Origin: a bacterium
GTDB lineage: Bacteria; Tectomicrobia; Entotheonellia; J063; CAVPRW01
DNA length: 64,000 nt
Assembly: GCA_046727435.1 (NCBI GenBank)
Contig: JBKPCR010000099.1
Span: forward strand, 253 to 64,252
Direction: 5' to 3'
Part shown: piece after piece, positions 51,101 to 61,981 of the stretch
Position numbering within the stretch: position 1 is the first letter of the stretch
Layout of the letters: every line of letters starts with the position of its first letter
The notes under the pieces: model-generated
The model's input: only the letters and a program-made list of their open reading frames with translations
The model's database searches: none
Told to the model about the DNA's origin: nothing
Program-made: the position numbers and the translations under genes

Positions 51101-53836
51101 CAGTTGGTTACCCGCGGCATCCTTGACGCCATTGGTTCCACTCTTGATGGTAACCCTATAAGTCGTCGAGGATGCCAGCGATGCGGTCGGATCCAGGGTG
51201 ACGGTATTAGTCGCGGCATTATAGGTGATACTAGCGGGCACGAGATTCCCCGCTGAGTCGCGCAGCTGGACAGTGTTGGTGTTGATGGTTGTCGGATCCA
51301 TCGCCTCGCTAAAAGTAGCGGTGACGTTTGCGCCAGGATCAACGTTGGTCGTGCCATCGGGTTGGGATACCGTGCTGATCGTGGGCGGGGTCGTATCTGA
51401 CGATCCGGATGTGGTGAACACGACATCAACCCAGTAATTGCTGGCATTGAAGGTTTCAGTGGGGAAGGTGCTGGTGGAACTATAACGGTAGACGCCATTG
51501 CCCCCTGCTTGGCTTGTGGCCAAGGCGCTCAGCGGGGGGGTCGTGAACGTGGTGCCGAAGTAGCCCTCGTCTACGGCGTAATGCCCTGTATTGGTGTGGT
51601 AGGAGGCGACATAGGTGCTATTGGCGGTGATACGGACGGCACTGGAGAAATTAGCCTGCTGCCAGCCCGAGGCCGTCTCGCCAGCGAAGGTGATCTGGGC
51701 CAGCGGTGCACCGGTGGCGGTCCACAGCGTGCCCACATGCGTCCCGGTGTTCCCGGACCCCTTGTAGAAGCGCAGGCCGGAGATGAAGCCATCAACCTGG
51801 GCTTGGAACTTCACCCCGACTTCCACCGCCTGGTTGTCGGAATCGGCTGCCACAGCCGGTACTGTCGCATTACTCCACAGACTACACGGACAGGCACGCG
51901 GCTCAACAGAGACGGTGACAGTCGCCGGTGAGGGCTCGAGATTGCCGCTATCATCGACGGCGCGACTCATGATGGTTACTGATCCGAGGGCGCTGGGGGC
52001 CCAGGTGTAGCTCCAACTTGCGCGGCCGTTGGCCGGATGCCAGGTCGTTCCACCGTCAACGGAAACTTCGACACCGCCCACAACACCGCCGCCTGCATCC
52101 GTCGCGGTGCCAGAGATTGTGATAGGACTGCCACTTTGCACGGTGGAACCCGCCGCCGGAGAAGTGATCGTCGAGATAGGGTGGGCATTATCGGTTGAGG
52201 CGGTGGCCGTCACCAGGCCAGATTGAAGTGTATCCGGCTGCACGCCCATGTCGGCGAACAGATTGACCATGGCCTGCTGCATTCGCACATCTGGAGCGGC
52301 GCTACCACGATCATGATGGCTGTCGAGCCCCCAGGACCACTGCACTGTACCGGCGCCGAACACGAGAGCACCACTACTACTGTGGCGATACAACGTGAGC
52401 CGGTGAGTGGCGGTCCCCGAGCCGTAGGTCGAGCCGTAATCAAGGAGGACCTCCACACCGCTAACAGCAGTTGTGGACAGCCGGACAAGGCCTGCGGGTC
52501 GGACGCCGTTGTCAAGCTCTTCATCCCACTCATAACCCAGCGTTCCACTGGGCAAGGTGGCCGTCTGACCAGACGCCAAGGTCGCGATGCTCGTGTTGCG
52601 CCAGAAGCGCATCTCGCCGTCGGCCGCAGGCACCTTAATGGCGGACGTGCCAGAATTGACTTTAAAGATCGTGCCCGTCAGGGCGTTCTCGGGGCGGCCC
52701 CCGTCAGCCGGAGGGCTGAAGCGCGGATCGCGCCAGGTGCCGGTCCAGACGTTTGGCAGCGGGTCGATCTTCGCATTGGCATGCGTCTCCTTGTAACATA
52801 CCAGTGTGCGATAGTCTGTGCCTGAGCCATCGATACTGCTCTCCCAACGGGTCTTCCAGAAGACTTCATTGCCGCTGAAGAAGGCTAGGTGGACGCCGGC
52901 ATTGCGTGCCGCTTCGACGTTGGCGCGCTGCCCCCCCGACCAGTACTCATCATGGCCGACCGATAGGAAAGCTTGATGCTTAAGGATTTGAGTGCCCCTG
53001 CGGTCGCTGTCGACACCGGTGAAATAGCTCACATCATAGCCGTTGGCTTCCAGCCAGCGGACCATTGGATATTCGGCGTTGAAGACCCAGTCCTCGGGGC
53101 CGTTGCTGCGCGTGTTGAACGGGCGATTATAGCTAACCTTGTAGGCGCGGCCTGCTGGCGAGCCAGCGTAGAGGCTATTGCCGCCGTAGTTGTTGTAGGC
53201 CTGCCAGGTCGTGTCAGAGGTTTGGAACAGCAGGTCGGAGCCGACCTCGTTAGGGTCTACGTCATTGCGTACGATAAAGACGATATGGCTCGCGCCCGAT
53301 ACCCCGCTCTCGCGCACGAGCTTCGCAAAATAAATCCCCGAGGTGGCGTCAGGCGGGACTGCCCACGATGCCGATTCGGCCCAGTTGCCGCAATCGATAA
53401 GTCCAGTCGCCCCATCCGTGAGACAGTTTGGCTGATTTTGGGGGAGTGGCACGGAAGGTCGGACCGTCGCCACCTTCCGTGCACCCATGCCCCCGTAATA
53501 GCCCATCCGGTAGATATCGAGTCGATAGGCGCTGGCGTCGGTATCGACCTTGAAATGGACCGTCTCCCCCTGATTGACGCTGATGTCGGTGGCGAAGCCC
53601 TGAATACTGGAACTGCCGGCACCGCTGATGTCCCACTCGCTGGCAGGGTTCCCGGGCTTAGAGTTTTCGCACACGATTGGGTTGAGGAGAGGCGTATCGC
53701 AAGGCGCAGCGAAGGCCAGCTGACCGCCCGGCCTCGAGTCGAAGACCAGCCAGGCTCCCATGAGCAGAACAGTAGCTAGACACGAGCGCATGACCTTTAC
53801 GAACTGTTGCTTAGTTTGTTCCAACTCATGGTTCAT
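45191..53836 (-). CDS. Giant secreted multidomain protein (2881 aa): N-terminal about 600-aa domain, four DUF4082-like CPCSLWS modules, Big_5/IPT Ig-like domains, two lectin-like beta-sandwich modules, and a central GATase1-like plus deacetylase/hydrolase-like domain.
   Basis: N-terminal hydrophobic signal/anchor. Four repeats start CPCSLWS[ND]AT.P.VA... and end [13 protein letters not shown]. Ig-like domains include [19 protein letters not shown]...[10 protein letters not shown]. The central domain has [17 protein letters not shown]. The C-terminal module (RFRIDWNA[ST][14 protein letters not shown]...) is duplicated. Confidence 0.85.
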   Translation of the reverse strand: MNHELEQTKQQFVKVMRSCLATVLLMGAWLVFDSRPGGQLAFAAPCDTPLLNPIVCENSKPGNPASEWDISGAGSSSIQGFATDISVNQGETVHFKVDTDASAYRLDIYRMGYYGGMGARKVATVRPSVPLPQNQPNCLTDGATGLIDCGNWAESASWAVPPDATSGIYFAKLVRESGVSGASHIVFIVRNDVDPNEVGSDLLFQTSDTTWQAYNNYGGNSLYAGSPAGRAYKVSYNRPFNTRSNGPEDWVFNAEYPMVRWLEANGYDVSYFTGVDSDRRGTQILKHQAFLSVGHDEYWSGGQRANVEAARNAGVHLAFFSGNEVFWKTRWESSIDGSGTDYRTLVCYKETHANAKIDPLPNVWTGTWRDPRFSPPADGGRPENALTGTIFKVNSGTSAIKVPAADGEMRFWRNTSIATLASGQTATLPSGTLGYEWDEELDNGVRPAGLVRLSTTAVSGVEVLLDYGSTYGSGTATHRLTLYRHSSSGALVFGAGTVQWSWGLDSHHDRGSAAPDVRMQQAMVNLFADMGVQPDTLQSGLVTATASTDNAHPISTITSPAAGSTVQSGSPITISGTATDAGGGVVGGVEVSVDGGTTWHPANGRASWSYTWAPSALGSVTIMSRAVDDSGNLEPSPATVTVSVEPRACPCSLWSNATVPAVAADSDNQAVEVGVKFQAQVDGFISGLRFYKGSGNTGTHVGTLWTATGAPLAQITFAGETASGWQQANFSSAVRITANSTYVASYHTNTGHYAVDEGYFGTTFTTPPLSALATSQAGGNGVYRYSSTSTFPTETFNASNYWVDVVFTTSGSSDTTPPTISTVSQPDGTTNVDPGANVTATFSEAMDPTTINTNTVQLRDSAGNLVPASITYNAATNTVTLDPTASLASSTTYRVTIKSGTNGVKDAAGNQLSADVTWSFTTAASSSPICPCSLWSNATVPAVAADPDNQAIEVGVKFQAQAAGFITGLRFYKSTTNTGTHVGTLWTATGTLLTSVTFTGETASGWQQVSFASPVAIAANTTYVASYHTNTGHYAVNEGYFATAFTNGPLQALASSTPGGNGVYVYGASAFPTQTFNASNYWVDVVFTTQVPPHFTDTTVADFGAGTPNGTPGANTYIGQTADGEVLLLPTVGTEFTGTTLPAGWTAPAWSTGGTATVANGVLTLDGARAGQVAPYGPGRSLEFVATFSGAANQNVGFTNTTTPDFSTAPWAMFTTRGGGNLYAQTRLGSTTNNTTLGSGRLGAPHRFRIDWNASNVVYSVDGTVVATHNRAISQNMSPLASDRTVGGGSVVVDWLRLSPYATSGIFTSRVFDAGAQVSWGTASWTSQLPSGTSLSISVRLGNTLPLTGSWIPLSGSGATIVGSSQYIQYQARLASTVPGQTPVLHDLTINEAAGGTMTGASSFSSTAVADTFAPSGSLAQMGTLATTLKGGADGVQDPSGNTLTANTLSADGPSSLAAAAPSAASAPDQGPGGPILVVAGASNPFSRYYAEILRTEGFNAFDVSDISAVSTPTLAAYDVVILGPLSLTPAQVTMFSDWVNAGGKLIAMRPDKQLASLLGLTDTSSILANAYLLVDTSTGPGAGIVSQTIQYRGIADRYTLSGASRLATLYSNASTATANPAVTLRSVGTNGGQAAAFTYDLALSVVDMRQGNTDWAGQERDGFPPRRSDDMFFGNASGDPQPDWVDLNKVAIPQADEQQRLLANLILSMNRDKKPLPRFWYFPHGKKAVVIMTGDDHANGGTAGRFDQYKANSPAGCLVADWECIRSTSYIYPTTPLTDAQAASYVAQGFEVGLHVTTGCDNWTTPSSLESFYSDQLATFASTFPSVPAPTTNRTHCIVWSDYMTQPQVELAHGIRLDTNYYYWPPSWLADRPGFFTGSGMPMRFALLDGTMIDIYQATTQMTDESGQTYPFTINALLDKAIGTEGYYGAFTANMHTDSVSSSGSDAIIASAQARGVPVVSARQMLTWLDGRDSSSFGSLAWNGNTLSFTITPGSGTNGIQAMLPTTVAAGALTGITRNGASVSYSTQVVKGIDYAFFAATVGTYQATYAPDTTPPTVGSTSVPNGATNVDPAASFTITFSEAMDPATINTSTIELRDANGTLVPVTVTYNAATHTATVNPIDTLAFGTTYTMTITGAKDQAGNALANVTSSFTTTPLACPCSLWSNATTPTVASANDPNAVELGVKFQSTVNGFITGLRFYKGASNTGTHVGNLWTSSGTLLASATFTNETASGWQQVTLSAPVAITTNTTYVASYHTTAGNYAFDGAYFASSGVSNPPLRALANGEEGGNGLFVYGASAFPSQTFNSSNYWVDVVFTTQAPPSNNPVPTTSGLAPNSAIAGGAAFTLTVNGTNFVTNSVVRWNEANRPTTFVSATQLTAAIAAADIAATGTAAVTVFNPAPGGGTSNTQTFTISASAACPCSLWSDATVPAVAADNDAKRVEVGVKFQAQSDGYITGLRFYKGTTNTGVHVGTLWTAAGIPLTSVTFSGETASGWQQASFASPVPIKAGIIYVASYHTDTGHYALNEPYFGTAFTNGPLRALADGEAGGNGVYIYSASSAFPTQTFNASNYWVDVVFTPSLPPGTFLDTTVVDFRTGTPEAGTYIGQTADGEVLLAPTIRTEFDGTALPSGWTAFSGTATVANGMLTIDGARAGTTATFGAGRSLEFVATFSGAANQNVGFGTDFSIAPWARFTTQGGNLLAQTRFGSTTTSTPLGSGRLGAPHRFRIDWNATNVVYSVDGTVVATHARASTTPMRPLVSDATAGGGTVVVDWLRMTPYATSGIFTSQVFNAGALVSWGTASWTSTVPSGTSLRISVRQGTTPIPDGTWTPFTPLSSSGATIGGSTRYIQYQAQLITTIPGQTPVLHNLTLTYNPGAM
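45200..46100. repeat. Intragenic direct repeat, copy 1, within the giant gene. Near-identical to 49650-50580; about 0.8-0.9 kb.
   Basis: DNA is visibly near-identical, for example gaggttgtggaggactggggtttgtccaggaa.. at 45221 versus gaggtcgtggaggactggggtttgtccaggaa.. at 49671. The shared string aacacgacatcgacccagtagttgctggc recurs at about 46096, 46872, 50573 and 51414. Confidence 0.7.
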
Positions 53837-53906
53837 TTATGGCTGCCTCCTGCGAGAAGCTCGCAAATATTGTACCTGACAACTCCTGCAGCTATGGGCT
53901 CGCGGA

Positions 53907-55062
53907 TCAAGGGCGCAGGGTTCTGAGAAGGTGCTCGATGACGTATTCCTGTTCGTCGTCGGTCATCGTCGCATAGATGGGGAGCAACAGGGTCTGGGAC
54001 GCTGCGTTTTCTGTGACGGGCAACTTTACCTGGGGAAAGCGCTGGCGGTAATAAGGCTCCAAGTGGATGGCCATGACGCCACGTCGCGTTGCGACCCCCA
54101 CCTCCAACATCTGCTGCATGGCCTGCTCGCGGGGTTTGGTCAGCTGCGGCCGCAATTGGATGATGTAGGATTGGTAGCTATGCGGGGTATCGCTTGAACT
54201 GAAGGGCAGCTGCACACACTCGAGGCTGGCGAAGGCTTCGTTATAGCGTGCAGCGATCTGCTCGCGTTGTGTGAGCATGAAGTCCAGCTTCTTCAGCTGC
54301 TCGATCCCAACGGCTGCATGCAGGTCGCTCAATCGGTAGTTGTACCCGAGGTCGTGGTATTCCTCAATGGCGATGTTTTTTGCATGATGACGCGCCAGAT
54401 CGGATAGTGACATGCCGTGGGTGCGTAGGATACGAGCGCGGTTCGCGAGGGCTTGGTCAGCTGTGAGAATCATCCCACCTTCCCCGGCTGTGATAACTTT
54501 CCGTGGATGAAAGCTGAGGCAGGTGACATTGCCCAGGCCGCCGACTCGTCTCTCTTTGTACATGGCCCCCAGTGCGGGCGCGGCATCTTCGATGACGGCC
54601 AAGCCATGGCGGTGGGCGACGGCGTTGATGCAGTCCATATCCGCCGCCAGTCCGATCTGATGGACCGGCATGATCGCCCTGGTACGCGGCGTTATCGCAG
54701 CCTCGATGGCATCCGGGTCGAGGTTATATGTTTGTGGGTCGATATCGACGAATACCGGCGTAGCGCCCGTATAACATACGACATTGGCGGTGGCGATAAA
54801 GGTGAATGAGGGGACGATCACTTCGTCCCCCGGTCCAATTCCAAGCAGCACCAGCGCCAGATGCAGCGCTGTGGTACAGCTTGAGGTGGCAACGGCTTCC
54901 GGCACGTCGACGTAGTCGGCCACAAGGCGTTCGAATTCCGCCACCTTCGGCCCCTGGACGACCCACCCAGACCGCAGAACCTCGACGACGGCGCGTTCTT
55001 CGTCCTCTCCAAACATGGGTTTTGTGATGGGAATTTTCATGCGTGTTGAAACGATGCTCATG
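53907..55062 (-). CDS. DegT/DnrJ/EryC1/StrS-family PLP-dependent sugar aminotransferase (PglE/WecE-like).
   Basis: The true start is MSIVSTRMKIPITKPMFGEDE (AAGAGGA upstream); the ORF-track N-terminus is an over-extension. PLP Lys context FSFHPRKVITAGEGG. Confidence 0.85.
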
Positions 55063-55134
55063 TGAGTCCTCTTCGATTGGATATTTGGGTGGAATCGCAC
55101 CCGTTGACGACTCTTGGGCGGGCTGACGGCCGTC

Positions 55135-56133
55135 TCAGACTGTTGCTGGGATCTTGTCAGCGGTGAGACGTTTCTCCTGCCACCAAGCGACGAGGCGGCG
55201 CAGGCCCTCCGCAAGTGACACCTGGGTTTCGAAACCCAGGAGCTGCCGAGCCTTACTGACATCGGCAAGGCGACGCGGCACCGGATTGACCTTGCGTTCA
55301 GGGCCGTGGACTGGCTGTACCGTCGACCCCATGATGCTGATGAGCGTCTGCGCCAGATCGCTGAGGCTGGTCTCGACACCACTCGCGACGTTGAACACTG
55401 CGTCCGTCACCGGAGCTTTAGCGGCGAGGATGTTGGCCCGTGCCACATCTTCGACATACACAAAATCCATAGTTTGCAAGCCGTCTCCAAAGATCAGCGG
55501 CGGTTGGCCTGCAGTGATACGCTCCATCCAGCGGATGAGCACCTCGGTGTAGGCTCCATAGATGTCCATGCGCGGCCCGTACACGTTGAAATAGCGCAGC
55601 GCGACATAGTTCAGGCCGTACATATCATGAAAGCTGCGTAGCAGGCCTTCATTGAACACCTTCGCGGCCCCGTAAAGCGTCCGATTGTTGTATGGATGAT
55701 GCTGTTCATCCGTGGGGAAGGCCTCGGCTAAGCCGTACACCGACGCGGAGGAGGCGGCGACAACCTTCTTCACGCCGGCCTGCACCGCCGCTTCCAGAAC
55801 ATTGAACGTGCCGGTGGCGAGAACCTCCAGTGCCAACCGTGGGTCCTCAGCGCATTGCGTAATGCGAATAGCGGCCTGGTGGAAGACGAGGTCGACGTCA
55901 CGCATGACCTCGGCCACACACTGCGTGTCACGGATGTCGCCGTCGACAAGGGTTACAGAGCCATGCAAACGGGCGGCGGATAAATTATCCGGATGGCCAC
56001 GGGTGAAATTATCCAGCACGATAATTTCTCGGCAGCCGAGGGCACGGCGTTCCTGCATAAGACAATCGACGATATGTGAACCGATAAGACCTGCGCCACC
56101 CGTGACCAAAATGCGTTCCCAGCCATTACTCAC
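55135..56133 (-). CDS. NAD-dependent nucleotide-sugar epimerase/dehydratase (SDR extended family).
   Basis: Likely GTG start with AAGGAGG Shine-Dalgarno (VSNGWERILVTGGAGLIGSHIVD). YGAAK catalytic motif. C-terminal DGLQTMDFVYVEDVARA. Confidence 0.8.
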   Translation of the reverse strand: MSNGWERILVTGGAGLIGSHIVDCLMQERRALGCREIIVLDNFTRGHPDNLSAARLHGSVTLVDGDIRDTQCVAEVMRDVDLVFHQAAIRITQCAEDPRLALEVLATGTFNVLEAAVQAGVKKVVAASSASVYGLAEAFPTDEQHHPYNNRTLYGAAKVFNEGLLRSFHDMYGLNYVALRYFNVYGPRMDIYGAYTEVLIRWMERITAGQPPLIFGDGLQTMDFVYVEDVARANILAAKAPVTDAVFNVASGVETSLSDLAQTLISIMGSTVQPVHGPERKVNPVPRRLADVSKARQLLGFETQVSLAEGLRRLVAWWQEKRLTADKIPATV

Positions 56134-56199
56134 AATCAGCCTCCTTGGGCTTACTCTGCCACTGCGTAACAATGGCCTGAATCACTAGCCATGAGAGCG

Positions 56200-56874
56200 T
56201 CATGGCGCCACCCTCCGTCGGAGTACCCTGGCGGGATTACCGGCGACCACCACATTCTCCGAAACGTTCCGTAGCACTACGCTCCCCATACCGATCAGGC
56301 AGTGGTCTCCGATTTTGATATTGGCGATGACAGAGGCGTTGGTGCCGAGGTAGCAGGACGTGCCGATTTCAACCCCACCTGAAATACACACGCCACCCGC
56401 GATGCACGTATAATCGCCAATGGCATCATCGTGACTGATAACCGTATTTGGTAGGACGATGACATGGTCGCCTATGCGAACATTGGAGGTGATGGTGACA
56501 TGCTGAAATATGACGACACCACGACCGATCATAGACAGACGTGACACACTCGCAGTGGGATGGATAATGGTTTCAAAGCGCTCAATAGGTAGGCCAGTTT
56601 TTCCGATGATCGCCTGCTTTCGCCAGAAATTTGTTGGACTCCCAATACCATTTACAAAGTAACAATCATGATAGGTTTGTGCACTGCTCAGCGGTCCTAA
56701 TATCTTTGCACCATGTAATTCCGTTCCCCACTTCCTCTCATCATCATCGAGGAAGCCTTTGCAAGTGTATACAGTCTTTCCAAAGGAGTCATTGATGTCA
56801 CAAATCGTGTCGAGGACATCGATACAATTCCCATTAGTTCCTAAAATAATGATCTCTTTTGGCAGCATGCTCAT
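56200..56874 (-). CDS. PglD/NeuD-family sugar N-acetyltransferase (Rossmann-like N-domain + LbH).
   Basis: EIIILGTNGNCIDVLDTI N-domain. LbH hexads ...IGRGVVIFQHVTITSNVRIGDHVIVLPNTVISHDDAIGDYTCIAGGVCISGGVEIG. Confidence 0.8.
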   Translation of the reverse strand: MSMLPKEIIILGTNGNCIDVLDTICDINDSFGKTVYTCKGFLDDDERKWGTELHGAKILGPLSSAQTYHDCYFVNGIGSPTNFWRKQAIIGKTGLPIERFETIIHPTASVSRLSMIGRGVVIFQHVTITSNVRIGDHVIVLPNTVISHDDAIGDYTCIAGGVCISGGVEIGTSCYLGTNASVIANIKIGDHCLIGMGSVVLRNVSENVVVAGNPARVLRRRVAP

Positions 56875-56880
56875 GGGCGG

Positions 56881-58521
56881 CTAGCGGGATCCAACGAGCG
56901 AGGCTGAATTGTGGTCAGCGAAGGCATACACGCTCTGCACAATGGCATCAATATCCAGTGGGGCTAATTCTGGATACATCGGCAGGGACAGGACCTCCAT
57001 CGCCGCACGCTCGGAGTGTGGGAAGGTCCCGGCAGAGTACCCTAAATCGGCATACGCTGGTTGCAGGTGAACGGGGATGGGGTAATGAATGCCGGTCTGG
57101 ATCCCTTGGCTCTGGAGCCATTGCTGTAGAACGTCACGAGATGGTGTGCGGATGGCATAGACATGGTAGACATGACGTGCCCATGGCATCGCCTGTGGTG
57201 GCTGCACGCAGCTTCCTATGAGTTGCTTGTCGTAGCAGCTGGCATGCGATCGACGGGCCTCAGTCCATCTCTCCAAATAGCGCAATTTCACCCGCAGTAC
57301 GGCGCCCTGCAGGGCATCCAGGCGATAATTATACCCCTGTAGCACGTGATGATACTTGCGATCCTGCCCCCAGTCGCGCAGGATGCGGATGGTGCGGTCG
57401 TACTCGGGGTTGTTGGTGACGACGATTCCCCCTTCACCATAGGCCCCGAGGTTCTTGGCCGGGTAAAAACTAAAACACCCCAGATCGCCGAGTCCTCCGA
57501 CGCGTTTGCCCTTATACTCGGCCCCATGCGCTTGCGCGGCATCTTCGATGACCACGAGCCTATAGCGGCGAGCGATGTCCAGAATGGGATCCATATCGGC
57601 TGGCTGGCCATAGAGGTGCACAGGTAAGATCGCCTTGGTCCGGGGTGTAATCGCCTGCTCGATCTGGTTGACATCGATGGTGTAGGAGTGGGGATCGATA
57701 TCGACGAACACGGGGCACGCTCCCGCATATAGAATGGCGGCAGCCGTGGCCACGAACGTGAAGGGGACGGTAATTACCTCATCTCCAGCGCCTATCCCCG
57801 CTGCTAAGAGCGCCAGATGCAGGGCACTGGTGCCGGAGTTGACGGCGATGCTGCAGTGCGCCCCCGAATAGGCGGCGAACTCTCCTTCAAAGGCCGCGAC
57901 CTCCTCCCCCAGGACGTATGAGGAACTGTCCAGCACTCGATTAATTGCCTCGTGAATCTCCACTTTGATGGTCTCATACTGCGCCTTGAGGTCGACCAAT
58001 GGCACGCTCACTCGGCCCTCTTGGCCGTTTTGGAGAACGTCTCTTCTCTCCAGACGGCGTATGACTTGCGCTGGTACACCGGCGACTACAGCATGGGCTG
58101 GCACATCCTTAGTGACGACGCTGCCCGCCCCGACGATGGCCTGCTCGCCGATAGTGACGCCGCAGAGGATCGTGGCGCTGGTGCCAACGGAGGCGCCCCG
58201 TTTGACTAACGTCGGGACGCATTCCCAATCGGCCTCGGTTTGTGGGCAGCCGTTGACCGTGGCCCGGGGGTATTTATCGTTGATAAAGGAGACGTTGTGG
58301 CCGATGAACACGTCGTCCTCGATCGTCACCCCCTCGCAAATAAACGTATGGCTGGAGATCTTTACATTGCGGCCGATCTTGGCGCCCTTCTGGATCTCAA
58401 CGAAAGCGCCGACCTTGGAGTGATCGCCGATTTCGCAGCTGTAGAGGTTCACGAAATCATAGATTTTGACGTTGTCGCCGAGCGTGACATCTCGAAGATT
58501 CTGTTTGGGATTGTCGGTCAT
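56881..58521 (-). CDS. Bifunctional fusion: N-terminal LbH N-acetyltransferase (WbpD-like) + C-terminal DegT-family aminotransferase (WbpE-like).
   Basis: Residues 1-160 are hexapeptide repeats (GDNVKIYDFVNLYSCEIGDHSKVGAFVEIQKGAKIGRNVKI...). Residues ~175-546 are DegT-like (LVDLKAQYETIKVEI..., FSFYPAKNLGAYGEGG PLP-Lys). 546 aa as a single ORF. Confidence 0.8.
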   Translation of the reverse strand: MTDNPKQNLRDVTLGDNVKIYDFVNLYSCEIGDHSKVGAFVEIQKGAKIGRNVKISSHTFICEGVTIEDDVFIGHNVSFINDKYPRATVNGCPQTEADWECVPTLVKRGASVGTSATILCGVTIGEQAIVGAGSVVTKDVPAHAVVAGVPAQVIRRLERRDVLQNGQEGRVSVPLVDLKAQYETIKVEIHEAINRVLDSSSYVLGEEVAAFEGEFAAYSGAHCSIAVNSGTSALHLALLAAGIGAGDEVITVPFTFVATAAAILYAGACPVFVDIDPHSYTIDVNQIEQAITPRTKAILPVHLYGQPADMDPILDIARRYRLVVIEDAAQAHGAEYKGKRVGGLGDLGCFSFYPAKNLGAYGEGGIVVTNNPEYDRTIRILRDWGQDRKYHHVLQGYNYRLDALQGAVLRVKLRYLERWTEARRSHASCYDKQLIGSCVQPPQAMPWARHVYHVYAIRTPSRDVLQQWLQSQGIQTGIHYPIPVHLQPAYADLGYSAGTFPHSERAAMEVLSLPMYPELAPLDIDAIVQSVYAFADHNSASLVGSR

Positions 58522-59527
58522 AGCTTGACTTCTCTTCCACGTCGTTTAATGGACATTTCTGCGGCTTCCAAAATCTTCACCACGTTCAACCCGCTGGCGC
58601 CATCGGTGAGTGGGCGGCGTCCAGTAATAATGCAGTCGATGAACTCCGTCGTCATGTGGCGCAGGGCCTCGGTTGGGTCTAATTGCGGCGCCCACATGTC
58701 ACCGAGACGATAGGAGATGAGCGCACGGTGGACAACTTCGGTGTTGGTGATGTCCACCCCACGGTCGTAGACCTTGACCTTCTCGCTGATCTGCATGTCG
58801 TCGTAGAGGATCATGCGCTTGCTGCCGCCGACGATGACGCTACGGATCTTGACCGGTGCTAACCAGTTGTTGTGGAAATGGGCGATGAAGCCACTGTCGA
58901 AGTACACCGTCAAATAGGCGACGTTTTCGATACCATTGCCGATGTGGCAGGCGCCATTGGCGCAGACGCTTACAGGCGGCTCCTCGACGAGATGGTCCAA
59001 GATGGCGATATCGTGCGGGGCCAGATCCCAAAGCACGTTGACATCGCGCTGGATGAGGCCGAGGTTGATGCGCACTGAATCGAAGTAGTACAGATCGCCC
59101 AGGTCGCCGCGCGCGACCATCTCCTTCATCTTGCGTACCGCACCGGTATAGATGAAGGTGTGGTTGACCATGAGCGTGAGGCTGCGTTTGGTGGCGATCT
59201 CAATCAGGCTTTCGGCCTCGGCCACCGAGGCGGCGAGCGGCTTCTCCACCAGCACATGCTTGCCGTGTTCGAGGGCCTTCCGCGCGAACTCGTAATGCGT
59301 CCCGACGGGGGTGGCAATGGCGACGGCATCCACCGCGGGGTTGGTTAAGACCTCATCGTAATCAGTGGTGAGCAGCAGCGAGGGGTGCTTCAGCTTCGCC
59401 TGAGCCAAGCGCTGCTGGCTCATGTCGCAGCACGCCAGCATGTGCGCTCCCTCGGTTTCATGAAAGTTACGTACCAGGTTCGGACCCCAATAGCCATAGC
59501 CGATAACTGCGACATGGATCATACGTA
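58518..59527 (-). CDS. Gfo/Idh/MocA-family NAD-dependent oxidoreductase (WbpB-like UDP-GlcNAcA 3-dehydrogenase).
   Basis: The true start is MIHVAVIGYGYWGPNLVRNF (GAGAGGTG upstream). EKPLA motif. 4-bp overlap with the downstream fusion gene. Confidence 0.75.
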
Positions 59528-59601
59528 AGACACCTCTCGCGAGTGGGCCAAAGTGACGGCCTGATCTCGCGGCAAAATGATTGGCAAGAAAAGCAATCTC
59601 T

Positions 59602-60703
59602 TCACTGGGGGACCGCTTGTGGCCAGATGTTTTGCGACTGCGACGGACGGACCGCGACGGGAGAATAGGCCTGCGCGGCAAATAGACGGGGCTCGCCGCC
59701 CCCATCGGCAGGGACAGCCCAGGTGTGCATAGCGGCGGAGCGCGTGGTCCGATCCGGCAGGGCATACAACACTGTCGCGTCATCGAGCCATTCAGCCTGG
59801 TCATCGATGCTGCGAGTTTCGGCGAGCAACCATTCCCGCTTGGTGGCCAGGTCAAGCACCGCTAGCCTCCAGGTCACCGGCACCCAGGTGCCGCCCTCAC
59901 GTTTCTTGAAGGCGATCCGGCTCTCGTCGGGAGAGAGTGCAGGGCACTCGATGTCGCCCCACCGCACCCAGGCGGTTTGCTCCCGCGTATCCCCTTCGAT
60001 CAAGTAAGTACGTCCGCCGCTCCCGAGGGTGGCATAGAAGCGGTGGCGATCGTGGCTGAAGGTTACTCCCCAAAAGTTGGAATCGATGGCCTGAAGGCGC
60101 TCCCCGTCGCGCCAGACCGTGAACTTCTCCAAGTCAGGGGCGATAAATGCCCCCGTCTGCAGATCGATGATGCTGGTATGCGTAGAGAAACCAGCGGCGG
60201 CGTATGAGTGGCCGCTGACGAATACTGTCATGGCGGCCACACGGCCATCAGCGGAGACGCGGACGCGACTCGGCGTGCCGCGTAACGGTATCGTGTGTAG
60301 AGGTTGGAAAGCCGCATCGAATACGGTGGCCTCGTACGTGGTAAAGACCCCTCGGCGAGCGGTCAGACAAACACCGCGCCCGGCCGCGAAGTGCACGCGA
60401 TCGCAGCGCAGGCTGGCCACGGCAGGGGGTGATTCCGGGTGATCGAGACGCACAAACGCCAGCCTGCCGTATGTATCGCCCAACGCAGTATGACGGAACA
60501 ACAGTGAGGGGGATTCCCCGATTGAAGGCTCTACTGGTGAGGATTTCGACGGCAGTGTATGAGGTTGTTCGACCTCCAGGGTCATGCGCGAAAGACTTGA
60601 GGGGCTGCCATGAACGATGTAGGCAATGGCAATCAAAGTGCAGACGATGCAGAGCATCCCCACCCACCAAATCCGTGCTAAAGGCTGGTTGATGGTCTTC
60701 ATT
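59602..60703 (-). CDS. Membrane-anchored TolB-like / WD40-like beta-propeller protein.
   Basis: The start is MKTINQPLARIWWVGMLCIVCTLIAIAYIV (ATGA overlap with the upstream MFS stop). PALSPDESRIAF repeats. Confidence 0.6.
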
Positions 60704-61970
60704 GCGCTGCAGGCTCCTGTTTCCGAGCGAGGCTGAGAGTGGCAAAGAGTATCGCGGTGGTCAACCCGATGATGAACATCAACAGTGCGATGCGTGGACC
60801 TTCCCAGCTCCAGAGCATGCCATACAGGATAGAGGCGACAACCCGCGACAGGATGGTCGTGGTGGTAAGGAGCGCCAACCCACTGGTGAGCTGACCTTGC
60901 GGCAAGGTCTCGCTGGCCAGCGCCATGAGCACGCCCTCGGTAGCTGCATAGTAGGTTCCGAAAAGGATCAGACAACCTCCTAGTGCGAACAGTCCCAAAT
61001 GCGGAAGCAGGAGGAGAGCATAGACCCCCAACAGCACGACATAGCCTCCCAGGAACACGCGATTACGTCCCACTCGATCAGCCAGGCGTCCCAGAGGCAT
61101 GGCCAGTGACAAGTAGATGAGAGCCGTCCCCAGGTAAAGCAGGGGAAAGAAATGGAGATTGAGATCGGACAGACGCTGAAATGTCAGATAGATGAAGGCA
61201 TCGCTCACCGAGAGTAGGGCCAAGGGCGCAGCAGCCAGGAGGAGCCGGCGAAATGAGAGCAGCCGGAGAAGCTCCAAGAGAGACCGCCATGACATACCGG
61301 ATGGTGATGACTGCTGGGTGGAGTCGGGTAATCGATTGTGAACGAGCGGTATTAGGATCGCTAATCCACATACTCCCATGATAAAACTCACCATGAAGAG
61401 CCAATGGAAGGCGCTGGGAAAAAGACCGAGAAGACCAAAAGCAACGATCGGTCCCAAAAGAGCGCCAGCGGTATCAAGAGTTCGGTGCATGCCGAACGCC
61501 TCAGCACGCCTGGAGCGTGGACTGCTCAGCGAGATCAGAGCGTCGCGCGGGGCGGTTCTGATACCTTTGCCGATGCGGTCAAGAAACAGACATGCGGTAG
61601 CTGGTAGCCAGGCACCATAGACTGCCAGGAGACCCAGCTTACACCCCGTGGAAAGCGCATAACCGACGGTCGCCACTTCCTTGTAGCGGTGGTGACGATC
61701 AGCTATCAGCCCGCTGGCCAGACGCAGCACCGCCGTCATTCCCTGGTAAATGCCGTCGAAGAACCCGAATTGTAGGACGGTAAATCGGAGCTCGAAGGTA
61801 AGATACACCGGCAGTACTGCGGCTATCATCTCCGAGGAGATGTCGGTGAACATGCTGGTCAGTCCCAGAAACAGAACGTTCCCACCCATCAGGCCAAGGC
61901 GCGACCATGCTGCGATACGGGGGACACGACCCACAGTGTCGACGGCTTGATGCTGTTGAGAGAAATACAT
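60699..61970 (-). CDS. MFS transporter.
   Basis: 12 predicted TM helices. MFS loop motif GLIADRHHRYK. Confidence 0.75.
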   Translation of the reverse strand: MYFSQQHQAVDTVGRVPRIAAWSRLGLMGGNVLFLGLTSMFTDISSEMIAAVLPVYLTFELRFTVLQFGFFDGIYQGMTAVLRLASGLIADRHHRYKEVATVGYALSTGCKLGLLAVYGAWLPATACLFLDRIGKGIRTAPRDALISLSSPRSRRAEAFGMHRTLDTAGALLGPIVAFGLLGLFPSAFHWLFMVSFIMGVCGLAILIPLVHNRLPDSTQQSSPSGMSWRSLLELLRLLSFRRLLLAAAPLALLSVSDAFIYLTFQRLSDLNLHFFPLLYLGTALIYLSLAMPLGRLADRVGRNRVFLGGYVVLLGVYALLLLPHLGLFALGGCLILFGTYYAATEGVLMALASETLPQGQLTSGLALLTTTTILSRVVASILYGMLWSWEGPRIALLMFIIGLTTAILFATLSLARKQEPAAQ

Positions 61971-61981
61971 ATGTGGATCCG

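Noticed and set aside
45291-53779. Dozens of 60-300-aa ORFs on both strands inside the giant gene
   Set aside because: They are all nested in the 8.6-kb minus-strand reading frame, which has coherent domain repeats. The alternative frames are Arg/Ala/Pro-rich, as expected in high-GC DNA.
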